Shown: piece by piece, positions 1-5,764 of the stretch
Numbering within the stretch: position 1 is the first letter of the stretch
How the letters are laid out: every line of letters starts with the position of its first letter
Assembly (NCBI GenBank): GCA_035655475.1
Contig: DASRUK010000002.1
Span: forward strand, 1 to 12,358
DNA length: 12,358 bases
Direction of reading: 5' to 3'
Source of the DNA: Candidatus Nanoarchaeia archaeon
Lineage (GTDB): Archaea > Nanobdellota > Nanobdellia > Woesearchaeales > JACPBV01
Notes under the pieces: model-generated
The model's database searches: none
Told to the model about the DNA's origin: nothing
Seen by the model: only the letters and a program-made list of their open reading frames with translations
Program-made: the position numbers and the translations under genes

Positions 1-52
1 TGGTAAAGTGTCATTGGGCCTCACCTCTTTTTTGAGGCTCATCATTTTACCA
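1..52. other. Long imperfect inverted repeat (hairpin) at the window edge
   Basis: Bases 1-10 (TGGTAAAGTG) pair with 43-52 (CATTTTACCA), including one G:T. Bases 18-23 (GCCTCA) pair with 33-38 (TGAGGC). The two helices are separated by an asymmetric internal loop, and the apical loop is T-rich (CCTCTTTTT). Function unknown. It may be a bidirectional terminator or part of a gene that continues left of the window: a minus-strand ATG at 45 opens a frame that runs off the edge. Confidence 0.3.
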
Positions 53-86
53 ACAGATAATCACAGAATTAGCCATCCTATAAGTG

Positions 87-323
87 TTACGCATTCATCC
101 CCAACCACAAGTGGTGGGGATTTCTGCTAAGAAATTTAATCAGGTCCCAGCAATTGTTTGTAAATGTAATTTCATAAAGTGTTTTCCTATCTCCTTCAGC
201 TAACCATAATCCCACACATTCTGCTAATTTTTCTTTATCGCAGACTAATACCATGCAAGCATCGAATAGGTTTAGATTAATAAAGGTTTTTGAAAAGAAA
301 ATTTCATTCTTTTTTGTAATCAC
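87..323 (-). pseudogene. LAGLIDADG-motif ORF, probably a truncated homing-endonuclease remnant
   Basis: The 78-aa ORF contains VGLWLAEGD. This aligns to the LAGLIDADG consensus at G, L, A, the acidic residue and G. It is followed by the expected beta-strand-like segment (YEITFTNNCWDLIKFL). The ORF stops about 30 aa after the motif, far short of a full domain of roughly 100 aa or more. All three downstream frames hit stops quickly. Confidence 0.3.
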
Positions 324-362
324 AATATTTTTAAACTTATTAGTAGCAACCCTTTGCTATAT

Positions 363-860
363 ATGAAACCGCTTGATACTATATTTATAGAACGGGGGAT
401 TGACAGAGAAACAGACCCCGATAAAATGAAAGAGTTGGTGGCAGATTCTATTGACCAATATCTAAATTCTTCCCCTTTTGTAACATCCGTTGAGATTGAG
501 AAAGCGATCAACCGATTATATGAACAAGGGAGGTGGCGGCCAAAAGACCGTGTAGCCTGTTGGCAACGATATAGTAGGCCCGTCGCTAATCCTCATATTG
601 AAAGACGTGCGGGTGTTAAGCATATATCTTTACAAGAAGCCGTAACCAAAGCTGCTGAGGATTTATTGCCTGTTAGGGAAAATTGGGCTGCTGCTATCTC
701 TTATTACACTGCAGGAGAACCGACTATGGATAGATTTATGGGAGGGATCGATGTATATTTTAAAGATGAACAGATGATGATGGCCTTATTGAAAGCAAGG
801 TTAACAGAAGAAAGAAGAACCATAAATTATAAGTTCACTATGCTGCCATCCAATAGCTAG
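363..860 (+). CDS. Hypothetical protein (165 aa), no recognisable family
   Basis: A long open frame with a coding-like composition. The track start at 354 is TTG; the first ATG is at 363. An AT-rich TATA-like stretch (TTTTTAAAC, about 328-336) lies roughly 30 nt upstream. I recognise no motif. Confidence 0.5.
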   Translation: MKPLDTIFIERGIDRETDPDKMKELVADSIDQYLNSSPFVTSVEIEKAINRLYEQGRWRPKDRVACWQRYSRPVANPHIERRAGVKHISLQEAVTKAAEDLLPVRENWAAAISYYTAGEPTMDRFMGGIDVYFKDEQMMMALLKARLTEERRTINYKFTMLPSNS

Positions 861-907
861 CAGTCAATATTATTTTCTCAAATTGGCTGGCCTCATTTTC
901 TTTTCAT

Positions 908-918
908 AAAATATTTAA
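908..918 (+). promoter_or_regulatory. TATA-like box upstream of the 942 ORF
   Basis: AAATATTTAAA is centred about 29 nt upstream of the ATG at 942. This fits an archaeal promoter driving a leaderless or near-leaderless mRNA. Confidence 0.35.
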
Positions 919-941
919 ACAAGCGATTGCCATGAGATGGT

Positions 942-1259
942 ATGGAACAAATCATATTAATTGATGCGGATAAAATACCTGAAGACGACAAAGCAACAAT
1001 CCAGAAGATAGCAAGCGAGTACATACCTAAGATACAGAGAGTGTTCAAAGACAAGATCATGGTAAAACTGCATTATAAGAAGCATGGGGAGCGCAAGTAT
1101 GACCTTAGGGTCGTCATCAACTGCCCTGACAAGAAGCTTGAAGCGCAGGAAAGCGACTGGAACCTGAGAAGGACACTCCATAAGGTCTTTGAGAATATTG
1201 AAAGGGAGATGGAGCATAAGTTCAAATTGTCTGATCAGAACAAGCCTTTTGAGAGATAA
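942..1259 (+). CDS. Small HPF/RaiA (ribosomal S30AE)-fold-like protein, 105 aa
   Basis: The residue pattern fits a beta-alpha-beta-beta-beta-alpha layout: IILID / DDKATIQKIASEYIPKIQRVF / IMVKLHYKK / KYDLRVVINCP / KLEAQESD / WNLRRTLHKVFENIEREMEHKFK. The C-terminal 'acidic-residue + aromatic ... helix ... K.K' segment resembles the HPF/YfiA signature. This assignment is by eye only. Confidence 0.4.
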   Translation: MEQIILIDADKIPEDDKATIQKIASEYIPKIQRVFKDKIMVKLHYKKHGERKYDLRVVINCPDKKLEAQESDWNLRRTLHKVFENIEREMEHKFKLSDQNKPFER

Positions 1260-1285
1260 GTTAATTCTAAATTTTATTTCAATTT

Positions 1286-1292
1286 AAAAAAA
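1286..1292 (-). terminator. Oligo-T terminator of tRNA-iMet
   Basis: On the minus strand the discriminator base at 1294 is followed by C and then T7 (A7 on the plus strand, 1286-1292). This is the typical archaeal oligo-T termination signal. Confidence 0.6.
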
Positions 1293-1293
1293 G

Positions 1294-1383
1294 TAGCGGA
1301 GGGTGGACTTTCAGATCTCTCTTTTGAACCACCGACCTATGGGTTATGAGCCCATCGGGCACTCCTGACTGCCCTACTCCGCT
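1294..1383 (-). tRNA. Initiator-type tRNA-Met (anticodon CAT) with a 15-nt insertion (intron) in the T-loop
   Basis: Minus-strand read: AGCGGAG TA GGGC AGTCAGGAGT GCCC G ATGGG CTCATAA CCCAT AGGTC GGTGG TTCAAAAGAGAGATCTGAAAGT CCACC CTCCGCT A. The 7-bp acceptor stem is perfect and has A1:T72. The anticodon CAT is at 1348-1346. GGG/CCC closes the anticodon stem, an initiator signature. The T stem is GGTGG/CCACC but encloses 22 nt instead of 7. The gene is 90 nt, or 75 nt after removing 15 nt. No CCA is encoded. Confidence 0.85.
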
Positions 1384-1406
1384 ATTTCTCTAGGAAACAT
1401 TGAGCA

Positions 1407-1414
1407 TTTATAAA
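1407..1414 (-). promoter_or_regulatory. Palindromic TATA box TTTATAAA for tRNA-iMet
   Basis: The box is centred about 27 nt upstream of the tRNA 5' end at 1383, the standard archaeal TATA-to-TSS spacing. Confidence 0.6.
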
Positions 1415-1490
1415 ACTAACGAAAGCAAATATATTTAAAATATTAAATCTACTCAAACTAAAGTTGCAAATTCTATTTTGGAGGCTTATC

Positions 1491-1844
1491 ATGGTAGACA
1501 ATAAACTGTGCCAAAGATGCGGGCAATGCTGCAACGGACTTGTTTGGCGCAAGAAAAGAAGCTATAAAAACTTTCCAGGGCTTGGTGATAGGTCGAATGC
1601 CGAAAAAGAGATCATCCAAACATATCGTCAGTACCTGGATAGGATAGGAATACCTGTGACAAAGATACTGCCGATAGAATGGGATGAGAAGAACAAGGAA
1701 GTGATGATAAAGGCACAGGCAGGGACATGCAGAAACCTTAGCTTTCTGCCTGATGGAAAAGCGCTTTGCTTAAATTATGCTGAACGGCCTAATGAATGCA
1801 GAAATTTCATCTGCAAAAAAGCAGAAGGCTTACTTGCTAAGTAG
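1491..1844 (+). CDS. YkgJ/UPF0153-type cysteine-cluster (CxxCxxCC) putative Fe-S/Zn protein
   Basis: An N-terminal CQRCGQCC motif is present, plus C-terminal cysteines (CRNL, CLNY, ECRNFIC), as in the CxxCxxCC family. The track start at 1464 is TTG. The ATG at 1491 is preceded by GGAGG with a 5-nt spacer, so 1491 is preferred. Confidence 0.6.
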   Translation: MVDNKLCQRCGQCCNGLVWRKKRSYKNFPGLGDRSNAEKEIIQTYRQYLDRIGIPVTKILPIEWDEKNKEVMIKAQAGTCRNLSFLPDGKALCLNYAERPNECRNFICKKAEGLLAK

Positions 1845-2879
1845 AACTGTTTGTGTAGGATATGCAAAATCAATACCTTCTTTTTCAAATCTTTCCTTTA
1901 GAGCAAGGTTAATCTGCTGCTGGATATCCATGTATATGTTATACTCACTGCTGTTCACGTAATATGCTACTTCAAAGTTCAGGCTGAAATCGCCGAATTC
2001 CTTAAAATGTACCCTATCAAGGTCTGCGTTTTTCAATTTCTCAAATACCTCTTTAACAATCTCAGGAATCTTTTTTAGCTTTATCTGGGCTGTTTGGTAT
2101 GTCACTCCAAATTTAAACTGTATCCTTCTGCGCTCCATCCGTTTATAATTTTGGATCCGAGAGGATGTAAGCTCCTGGTTGGAGATTATTATCTCTTCCC
2201 CCCAGAGACTCTGGAGCCTTGTCGTCTTTATGCCTATCTTCTTTACTTCGCCTTTAGTCTCACCGATCATTATAAAATCGCCAACCTTAAAGGGCTTGTC
2301 AAAGTAGATAGAAACCGAGGCAAAGAGGTCTGCAAAGACGCTCTGCAAGGCAAGGGCGATAGCTACTCCACCAATCCCGAGGCCTGCCATAAGAGAGTTG
2401 ATATTATAACCTAAGTTGGAAAGGATAAGAAGGCCTGCAATCACCCATAACAGGACCTTAAGAAGCTTGCTGAAAAACTTGATAACATAGGCATCGCTCT
2501 GGTCCCTTTTTTTCATCACTTCATGGGTGCCGTAATCAACTATCCCATTGAATCCTTTAAAAGAGTAGTAAATAAGGACAATCATGATGCCATAATTCAG
2601 CCACACATCAGCAATTGCCGGGAGCTTTAGAAACTTGAGAGGGGGATACAATGCAACCATGAAGTAAAATGGCCAGCCTATCTTTTCAGCAAAATTTATC
2701 ACTGCATCATCCCATTGAGTCTTTGTCTTTTGGCATATCACTTTAAGCCGGGCAATAACCACAGTCTTGAAAAGATGGATAAGTGCAATTGAGATAAAGA
2801 AAACAGCGAGAGCTATTATGTAGCTTCGGACAGTGTTTCCTCCAAAGCTTAGGGCAAAAAACTCCTGAAAGTTAACCAT
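1830..2879 (-). CDS. MscS-family mechanosensitive ion channel
   Basis: The N-terminal half has multiple TM segments. The pore helix and beta domain follow: GLGIGGVAIALALQSVFADLFASVSIYFDKPFKVGDFIMIGETKGEVKKIGIKTTRLQSLWGEEIIISNQEL. This is the canonical MscS core. The 3' end overlaps the convergent ykgJ-like gene by 15 nt. Confidence 0.9.
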   Translation of the reverse strand: MVNFQEFFALSFGGNTVRSYIIALAVFFISIALIHLFKTVVIARLKVICQKTKTQWDDAVINFAEKIGWPFYFMVALYPPLKFLKLPAIADVWLNYGIMIVLIYYSFKGFNGIVDYGTHEVMKKRDQSDAYVIKFFSKLLKVLLWVIAGLLILSNLGYNINSLMAGLGIGGVAIALALQSVFADLFASVSIYFDKPFKVGDFIMIGETKGEVKKIGIKTTRLQSLWGEEIIISNQELTSSRIQNYKRMERRRIQFKFGVTYQTAQIKLKKIPEIVKEVFEKLKNADLDRVHFKEFGDFSLNFEVAYYVNSSEYNIYMDIQQQINLALKERFEKEGIDFAYPTQTVLLSK

Positions 2880-2900
2880 AAATCTAGAAGTTTTTAAGTA

Positions 2901-2908
2901 TTATATAA
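2901..2908 (-). promoter_or_regulatory. TATA box for a leaderless mscS mRNA
   Basis: TTATATAA is centred about 26 nt upstream of the mscS ATG at 2879, which implies a leaderless transcript. Confidence 0.5.
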
Positions 2909-2909
2909 A

Positions 2910-3080
2910 ATTAACTGCACTCGCCGATGTTTGCTTGCCCCTGCCGGGACTTCTAGTCGGCGCACTTTTCATTGGGAATTTCCCAGTGCGCTCAAGAATC
3001 AATGGATTAGGTGACATTTTCGCCTCACCAGCCATCAACTGGAAATAAAGATCCCGACCGCCCCAAGGGCGGGGATATTT
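2910..3080 (-). ncRNA. Unassigned GC-rich structured element (candidate ncRNA or structured mscS leader); strand uncertain
   Basis: This intergenic stretch is clearly GC-richer than neighbouring spacers and is packed with helices. Plus-strand coordinates: CGCCGA 2922-2927 / TCGGCG 2957-2962, enclosing GCCCC-TGCC-GGGAC. GCGCACT 2960-2966 / AGTGCGC 2985-2991, enclosing TGGGA-att-TCCCA. GGTGA 3010-3014 / TCACC 3025-3029. CCAG 3028-3031 / CTGG 3039-3042. CCGCCC 3058-3063 / GGGCGG 3067-3072. The palindromic TATA at 3104-3111 is about 27 nt from position 3080 on the minus strand. A minus-strand T-run lies at about 2906-2909. Confidence 0.35.
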
Positions 3081-3103
3081 TTAATGTTGGAGACTTACAA
3101 AAA

Positions 3104-3111
3104 TTTATAAA
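3104..3111 (+). promoter_or_regulatory. Palindromic TATA box TTTATAAA for tRNA-Ser (possibly bidirectional)
   Basis: The box is centred about 28 nt upstream of the tRNA-Ser 5' end at 3136. Because it is a perfect palindrome, it lies at the same distance from about 3080 on the minus strand. Confidence 0.6.
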
Positions 3112-3135
3112 GGAATATAAGATTCTCAAGGATAT

Positions 3136-3243
3136 GCCGCGGTGGCACAAACAGGACTATTTTTCCTGGTGCAGCCTGGTACTGCGCGGGATTGCTAATC
3201 CCGTTTCCGAAAGGATATCCCGGTTCAAATCCGGGCCGCGGCG
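3136..3243 (+). tRNA. tRNA-Ser (anticodon GCT) with a 26-nt intron at the position 9/10-12/13 region (5' side of the D-arm)
   Basis: Read: GCCGCGG TG [GCACAAACAGGACTATTTTTCCTGGT] GCAG CCTGGTA CTGC G CGGGA TTGCTAA TCCCG TTTCCGAAAGGATAT CCCGG TTCAAAT CCGGG CCGCGGC G. The acceptor stem is perfect (GCCGCGG/CCGCGGC). The anticodon GCT is at 3194-3196. The 15-nt variable arm (TCC-GAAA-GGA) marks a class II tRNA. The discriminator is G. The gene is 108 nt, or 82 nt after removing 3145-3170. A T-rich tail follows, and no CCA is encoded. Confidence 0.85.
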
Positions 3244-3328
3244 TTTAATTTCTAATGTTTACCAGCAACATATGGCTCAAATACTGATTTATGTAATTGG
3301 TAAAATTTAAAAGGTTAAAACACTTATA

Positions 3329-3808
3329 ATGGTCACTATGAAAGCGCTTGTAGCCTACTACTCAAGGACGGGAAGGACGAAGGATGCTGCTGAGACCATC
3401 GCAAACTCGCTCAAAGCAGATATCGAAGAGATAAGCGAAGGCAGTTCAAGAAGAGGCATATTTGGATTCTTAAAAAGCGGCAGAGAAGGAGCGCTTAAGA
3501 AAACTCCAAGGATAAAAAAGCCGCTTAAGGATATCATAGATTATGATATAGCAATCATAGGGATGCCGATATGGGCTGGCAAGATGGCAAGCCCTGTCAG
3601 GTCTTATGTCAAAACCTATGGAAAAGAAGCAAAACAGATCGCATTGTTCTGCACACACGGCGGAGGTGGAGGAGATCCAGCCCTTTCTGAAATTGAACAT
3701 ATCATGGGCAAAAAAGCAATAGCAAAGATCGAACTAACCACGAACGATACAAGCAAAATAAATGAGTTCTCGGACTTTGTGCAAAAAACTTATAAATCAA
3801 GCAAATAA
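3329..3808 (+). CDS. Flavodoxin-like fold protein (flavodoxin family / FMN-dependent reductase-like)
   Basis: The N-terminus MKALVAYYSRTGRTKDAAE matches the flavodoxin phosphate-binding loop pattern (YYS.tG.T). A later IIGMPIWAG and a CTHGGGGG strand-loop are also present. An alternative start at ATG 3338 fits a leaderless mRNA from the TATA-like AAATTTAAAAGG at about 3303-3314. Confidence 0.7.
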   Translation: MVTMKALVAYYSRTGRTKDAAETIANSLKADIEEISEGSSRRGIFGFLKSGREGALKKTPRIKKPLKDIIDYDIAIIGMPIWAGKMASPVRSYVKTYGKEAKQIALFCTHGGGGGDPALSEIEHIMGKKAIAKIELTTNDTSKINEFSDFVQKTYKSSK

Positions 3809-3817
3809 GAGCAGGTT

Positions 3818-5764
3818 ATGAAAAGATTATGCCTTATTGCTGCTGCAATATTATTAGCAAATCTATGTTCTGCTGAGGATTGGGCATTTAGGGATGAACA
3901 TGCAGATATAAGCATCAAGATCTCCGGCAAGATAGATGTCATCCCAAAAGGCTCTGACAGCACAATCGACCATCTTACTGCAAACTTATCTCTTTTTCCT
4001 CAGGATGGGCTCCAACAGGAAGTCTTGACGCTTGCAACCGAGCCAAGGGCAGAAATCCAAGGGGACAACGCAGTATTCAGGTGGGAAAAACCGCCTGGAA
4101 CTGTCAAATATATCTTAACAAGCAATGTTAGGACGAACAACAATAGAATAATGGTCAAGGAAGAGGTACCTTTTCCGCTGGATGATATCCCTGACTCAGT
4201 ATATGAATACACAAAGCCTTCGCAAACCATCGATTCTGATGACAGAGATGTAATCAGGCAGGCTTCGGTAATCGCCCAAGGAGACAACGACCTCTATTCT
4301 ATCGAATTCAAGCTGGGCAGATGGATAAAGGAGAACATACAATACAACCTAAGCACCCTAACTGAATCAGTGTCACAAGATGCTTCCTGGGTGCTACAAA
4401 ATAGACAGGGAGTATGCGATGAGATAACAAACCTGTTTATCGCTATGAACAGGGCTCTTGGGATACCTGCAAAGTTTATCTCCGGGGTCGCCTGGACAAA
4501 TGCCCTTGAATCTGGAGAAGGGTTTGGACCTCATGGATGGGCAGAGGTATATCTTCCAGGATATGGCTGGACACCTTATGATATAACTTATGGTGAGTAT
4601 GGCTTTGTAGATATATCTCATGTAAAGCTAAAGGAAGGGGTAGATGTAGACAAGGCAAGCACACAATTCCAATGGCTGTCACATAATATGGACGTGAGGA
4701 CATCAGTGCTGGATATCAAAGCAGAGGTGCAGGGGAGTGATGGCACAGCTCTAAGTGATATCGCAATAGAGGCAACAGCGCTAAAAAATGATGTCGCTTT
4801 TGGCAGCTACAACATAATCGAGGGAAGGATAAAGAATTTGCAGGATTATTATAACCCTGTGGAGCTTAGCTTGTCAAAGCCTAATGAACTCATCCTAGCA
4901 GGCAGGAGAAGCCAAGCAGTCCTCTTAAAACCAAATGAAGAGAGATCAGTGTATTGGACAATAGCTATTGCTGGGGATCTGGAAGAAGGGTATTACTGGA
5001 CGTTTCCTGTAATGATTACCTCATCCATGAACGACAGTGCGATCGTCATGTTCAACTCGTCGGTGAACGGCAAGTTTTTCAGCAAAGAAGAGCTTGAGGA
5101 GGCCATATCTGAAGGTGAAGAGGATAAACAATACGCTGGAGGGATTGAATTATATTGTACTGCGCTTGATGACGAGATCTATATCTATGAAAAGACAGTG
5201 GTGAATTGTTCAGCCAAGAATACAGGCAATATATATCTTGAGGGACTTAATATCTGCCAAGATGATGAATGCAGAAGAATAGACATTGGAATCACACAGC
5301 AGGAGACTATAGCGTTTGCTTTCGAGCCAACCATAGCAGGCATGCAGGAGATATCTATCAAGGCAACCGGCCAAGATGTGAGCAAGTCGGCTTTTGTCGA
5401 TATCACAGTCTTTGATATCCCTGAGCTAAGGATCGATGAAATAAGCTATCCAAAAGAGGTGTCGTATAATGATATGCTGGATATATCTTTTGTATTAAGC
5501 AAGAAATCAAAATACCCTCCCCAAAATATCACGATAAAGCTTAATAAGAGACAATGGATGGTAAACCAACTTAGCGAAGACAGGAAATTCAGCGTCAAGA
5601 TTGCAGGAAAAGACCTTTCTGCAGGTGACAATAAGATGGTAGTCTCTGTAGGCTATAAGGATGGCAATGGCAAAGAATATAATGCAAGTGAAGAACTCAC
5701 CATCAACCTAGCAAATGTCAGTTTGTTCCAAAGGATAATACTCTTCTTCAGGCACCTTATCTAA
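3818..5764 (+). CDS. Secreted transglutaminase-like (Cys-His-Asp) protein with C-terminal Ig/CARDB-like repeats
   Basis: An N-terminal signal peptide is present (MKRLCLIAAAILLANLCSA). The transglutaminase-like core has three parts: QGVCDEITNLFIAMNRALGIPAKFISG (Cys), GPHGWAEVYLPGYGW (His) and TPYD (Asp). Roughly three beta-sandwich-like repeats follow, then a short hydrophobic C-terminus. The start lies 9 nt after the flavodoxin-like stop. Confidence 0.8.
   Translation: MKRLCLIAAAILLANLCSAEDWAFRDEHADISIKISGKIDVIPKGSDSTIDHLTANLSLFPQDGLQQEVLTLATEPRAEIQGDNAVFRWEKPPGTVKYILTSNVRTNNNRIMVKEEVPFPLDDIPDSVYEYTKPSQTIDSDDRDVIRQASVIAQGDNDLYSIEFKLGRWIKENIQYNLSTLTESVSQDASWVLQNRQGVCDEITNLFIAMNRALGIPAKFISGVAWTNALESGEGFGPHGWAEVYLPGYGWTPYDITYGEYGFVDISHVKLKEGVDVDKASTQFQWLSHNMDVRTSVLDIKAEVQGSDGTALSDIAIEATALKNDVAFGSYNIIEGRIKNLQDYYNPVELSLSKPNELILAGRRSQAVLLKPNEERSVYWTIAIAGDLEEGYYWTFPVMITSSMNDSAIVMFNSSVNGKFFSKEELEEAISEGEEDKQYAGGIELYCTALDDEIYIYEKTVVNCSAKNTGNIYLEGLNICQDDECRRIDIGITQQETIAFAFEPTIAGMQEISIKATGQDVSKSAFVDITVFDIPELRIDEISYPKEVSYNDMLDISFVLSKKSKYPPQNITIKLNKRQWMVNQLSEDRKFSVKIAGKDLSAGDNKMVVSVGYKDGNGKEYNASEELTINLANVSLFQRIILFFRHLI

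Noticed and set aside
320-511. 63-aa minus-strand ORF
   Set aside because: It overlaps the longer, better-supported plus-strand ORF (363-860) and is low-complexity. It is probably a shadow ORF.
1464-1490. TTG start for the ykgJ-like gene
   Set aside because: The ATG at 1491 is preceded by GGAGG at the ideal spacing. The TTG extension adds only a hydrophobic stub.
2094-2414. Antisense or shadow ORFs inside long genes. These include 957-1217, 1777-1962, 2094-2414, 3470-3700, 4000-4287, 4394-4703, 5185-5631 and 6024-6209. They also include 7598-7789, 7985-8475, 9076-9326, 9788-10273, 10185-10600, 10779-10988, 11241-11525 and 11600-12037.
   Set aside because: Each lies entirely within, and opposite or out of frame to, a gene with strong family signatures (MscS, transglutaminase-like, SecD/F, Dxs, IspG). 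None shows recognisable motifs.
2901-3035. 44-codon minus-strand ORF (MAGEAKMSPNPLILERTGKFPMKSAPTRSPGRGKQTSASAVNFI) inside the structured element
   Set aside because: It is short and resembles no small ribosomal or Sec protein I recognise. Its stop lies inside the mscS TATA box, and the region's GC-rich helices explain the open frame equally well. It is kept only as an alternative to test.
2910-3080. Identification of the structured element as SRP (7S) RNA, RNase P RNA, 5S rRNA, or a C/D or H/ACA sRNA
   Set aside because: The minus-sense hairpin GUCCC-GGCA-GGGGC followed by AAGCA loosely recalls SRP helix 8. However, the loop is not GNAR, the symmetric and asymmetric loop architecture is missing, and the element is about half the length of an archaeal SRP RNA. 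AGAAGUCCC loosely recalls RNase P CR-I, but there is no downstream P4 partner or CR-IV/CR-V. There is no C/D box pair, and no ACA box follows the stem. The class is therefore left unassigned.
3011-3310. 99-aa plus-strand ORF from the track
   Set aside because: It runs straight through the tRNA-Ser gene (3136-3243), its TATA box and the structured GC-rich element. It starts with GTG and has no protein-like motif. The tRNA explains this sequence better.
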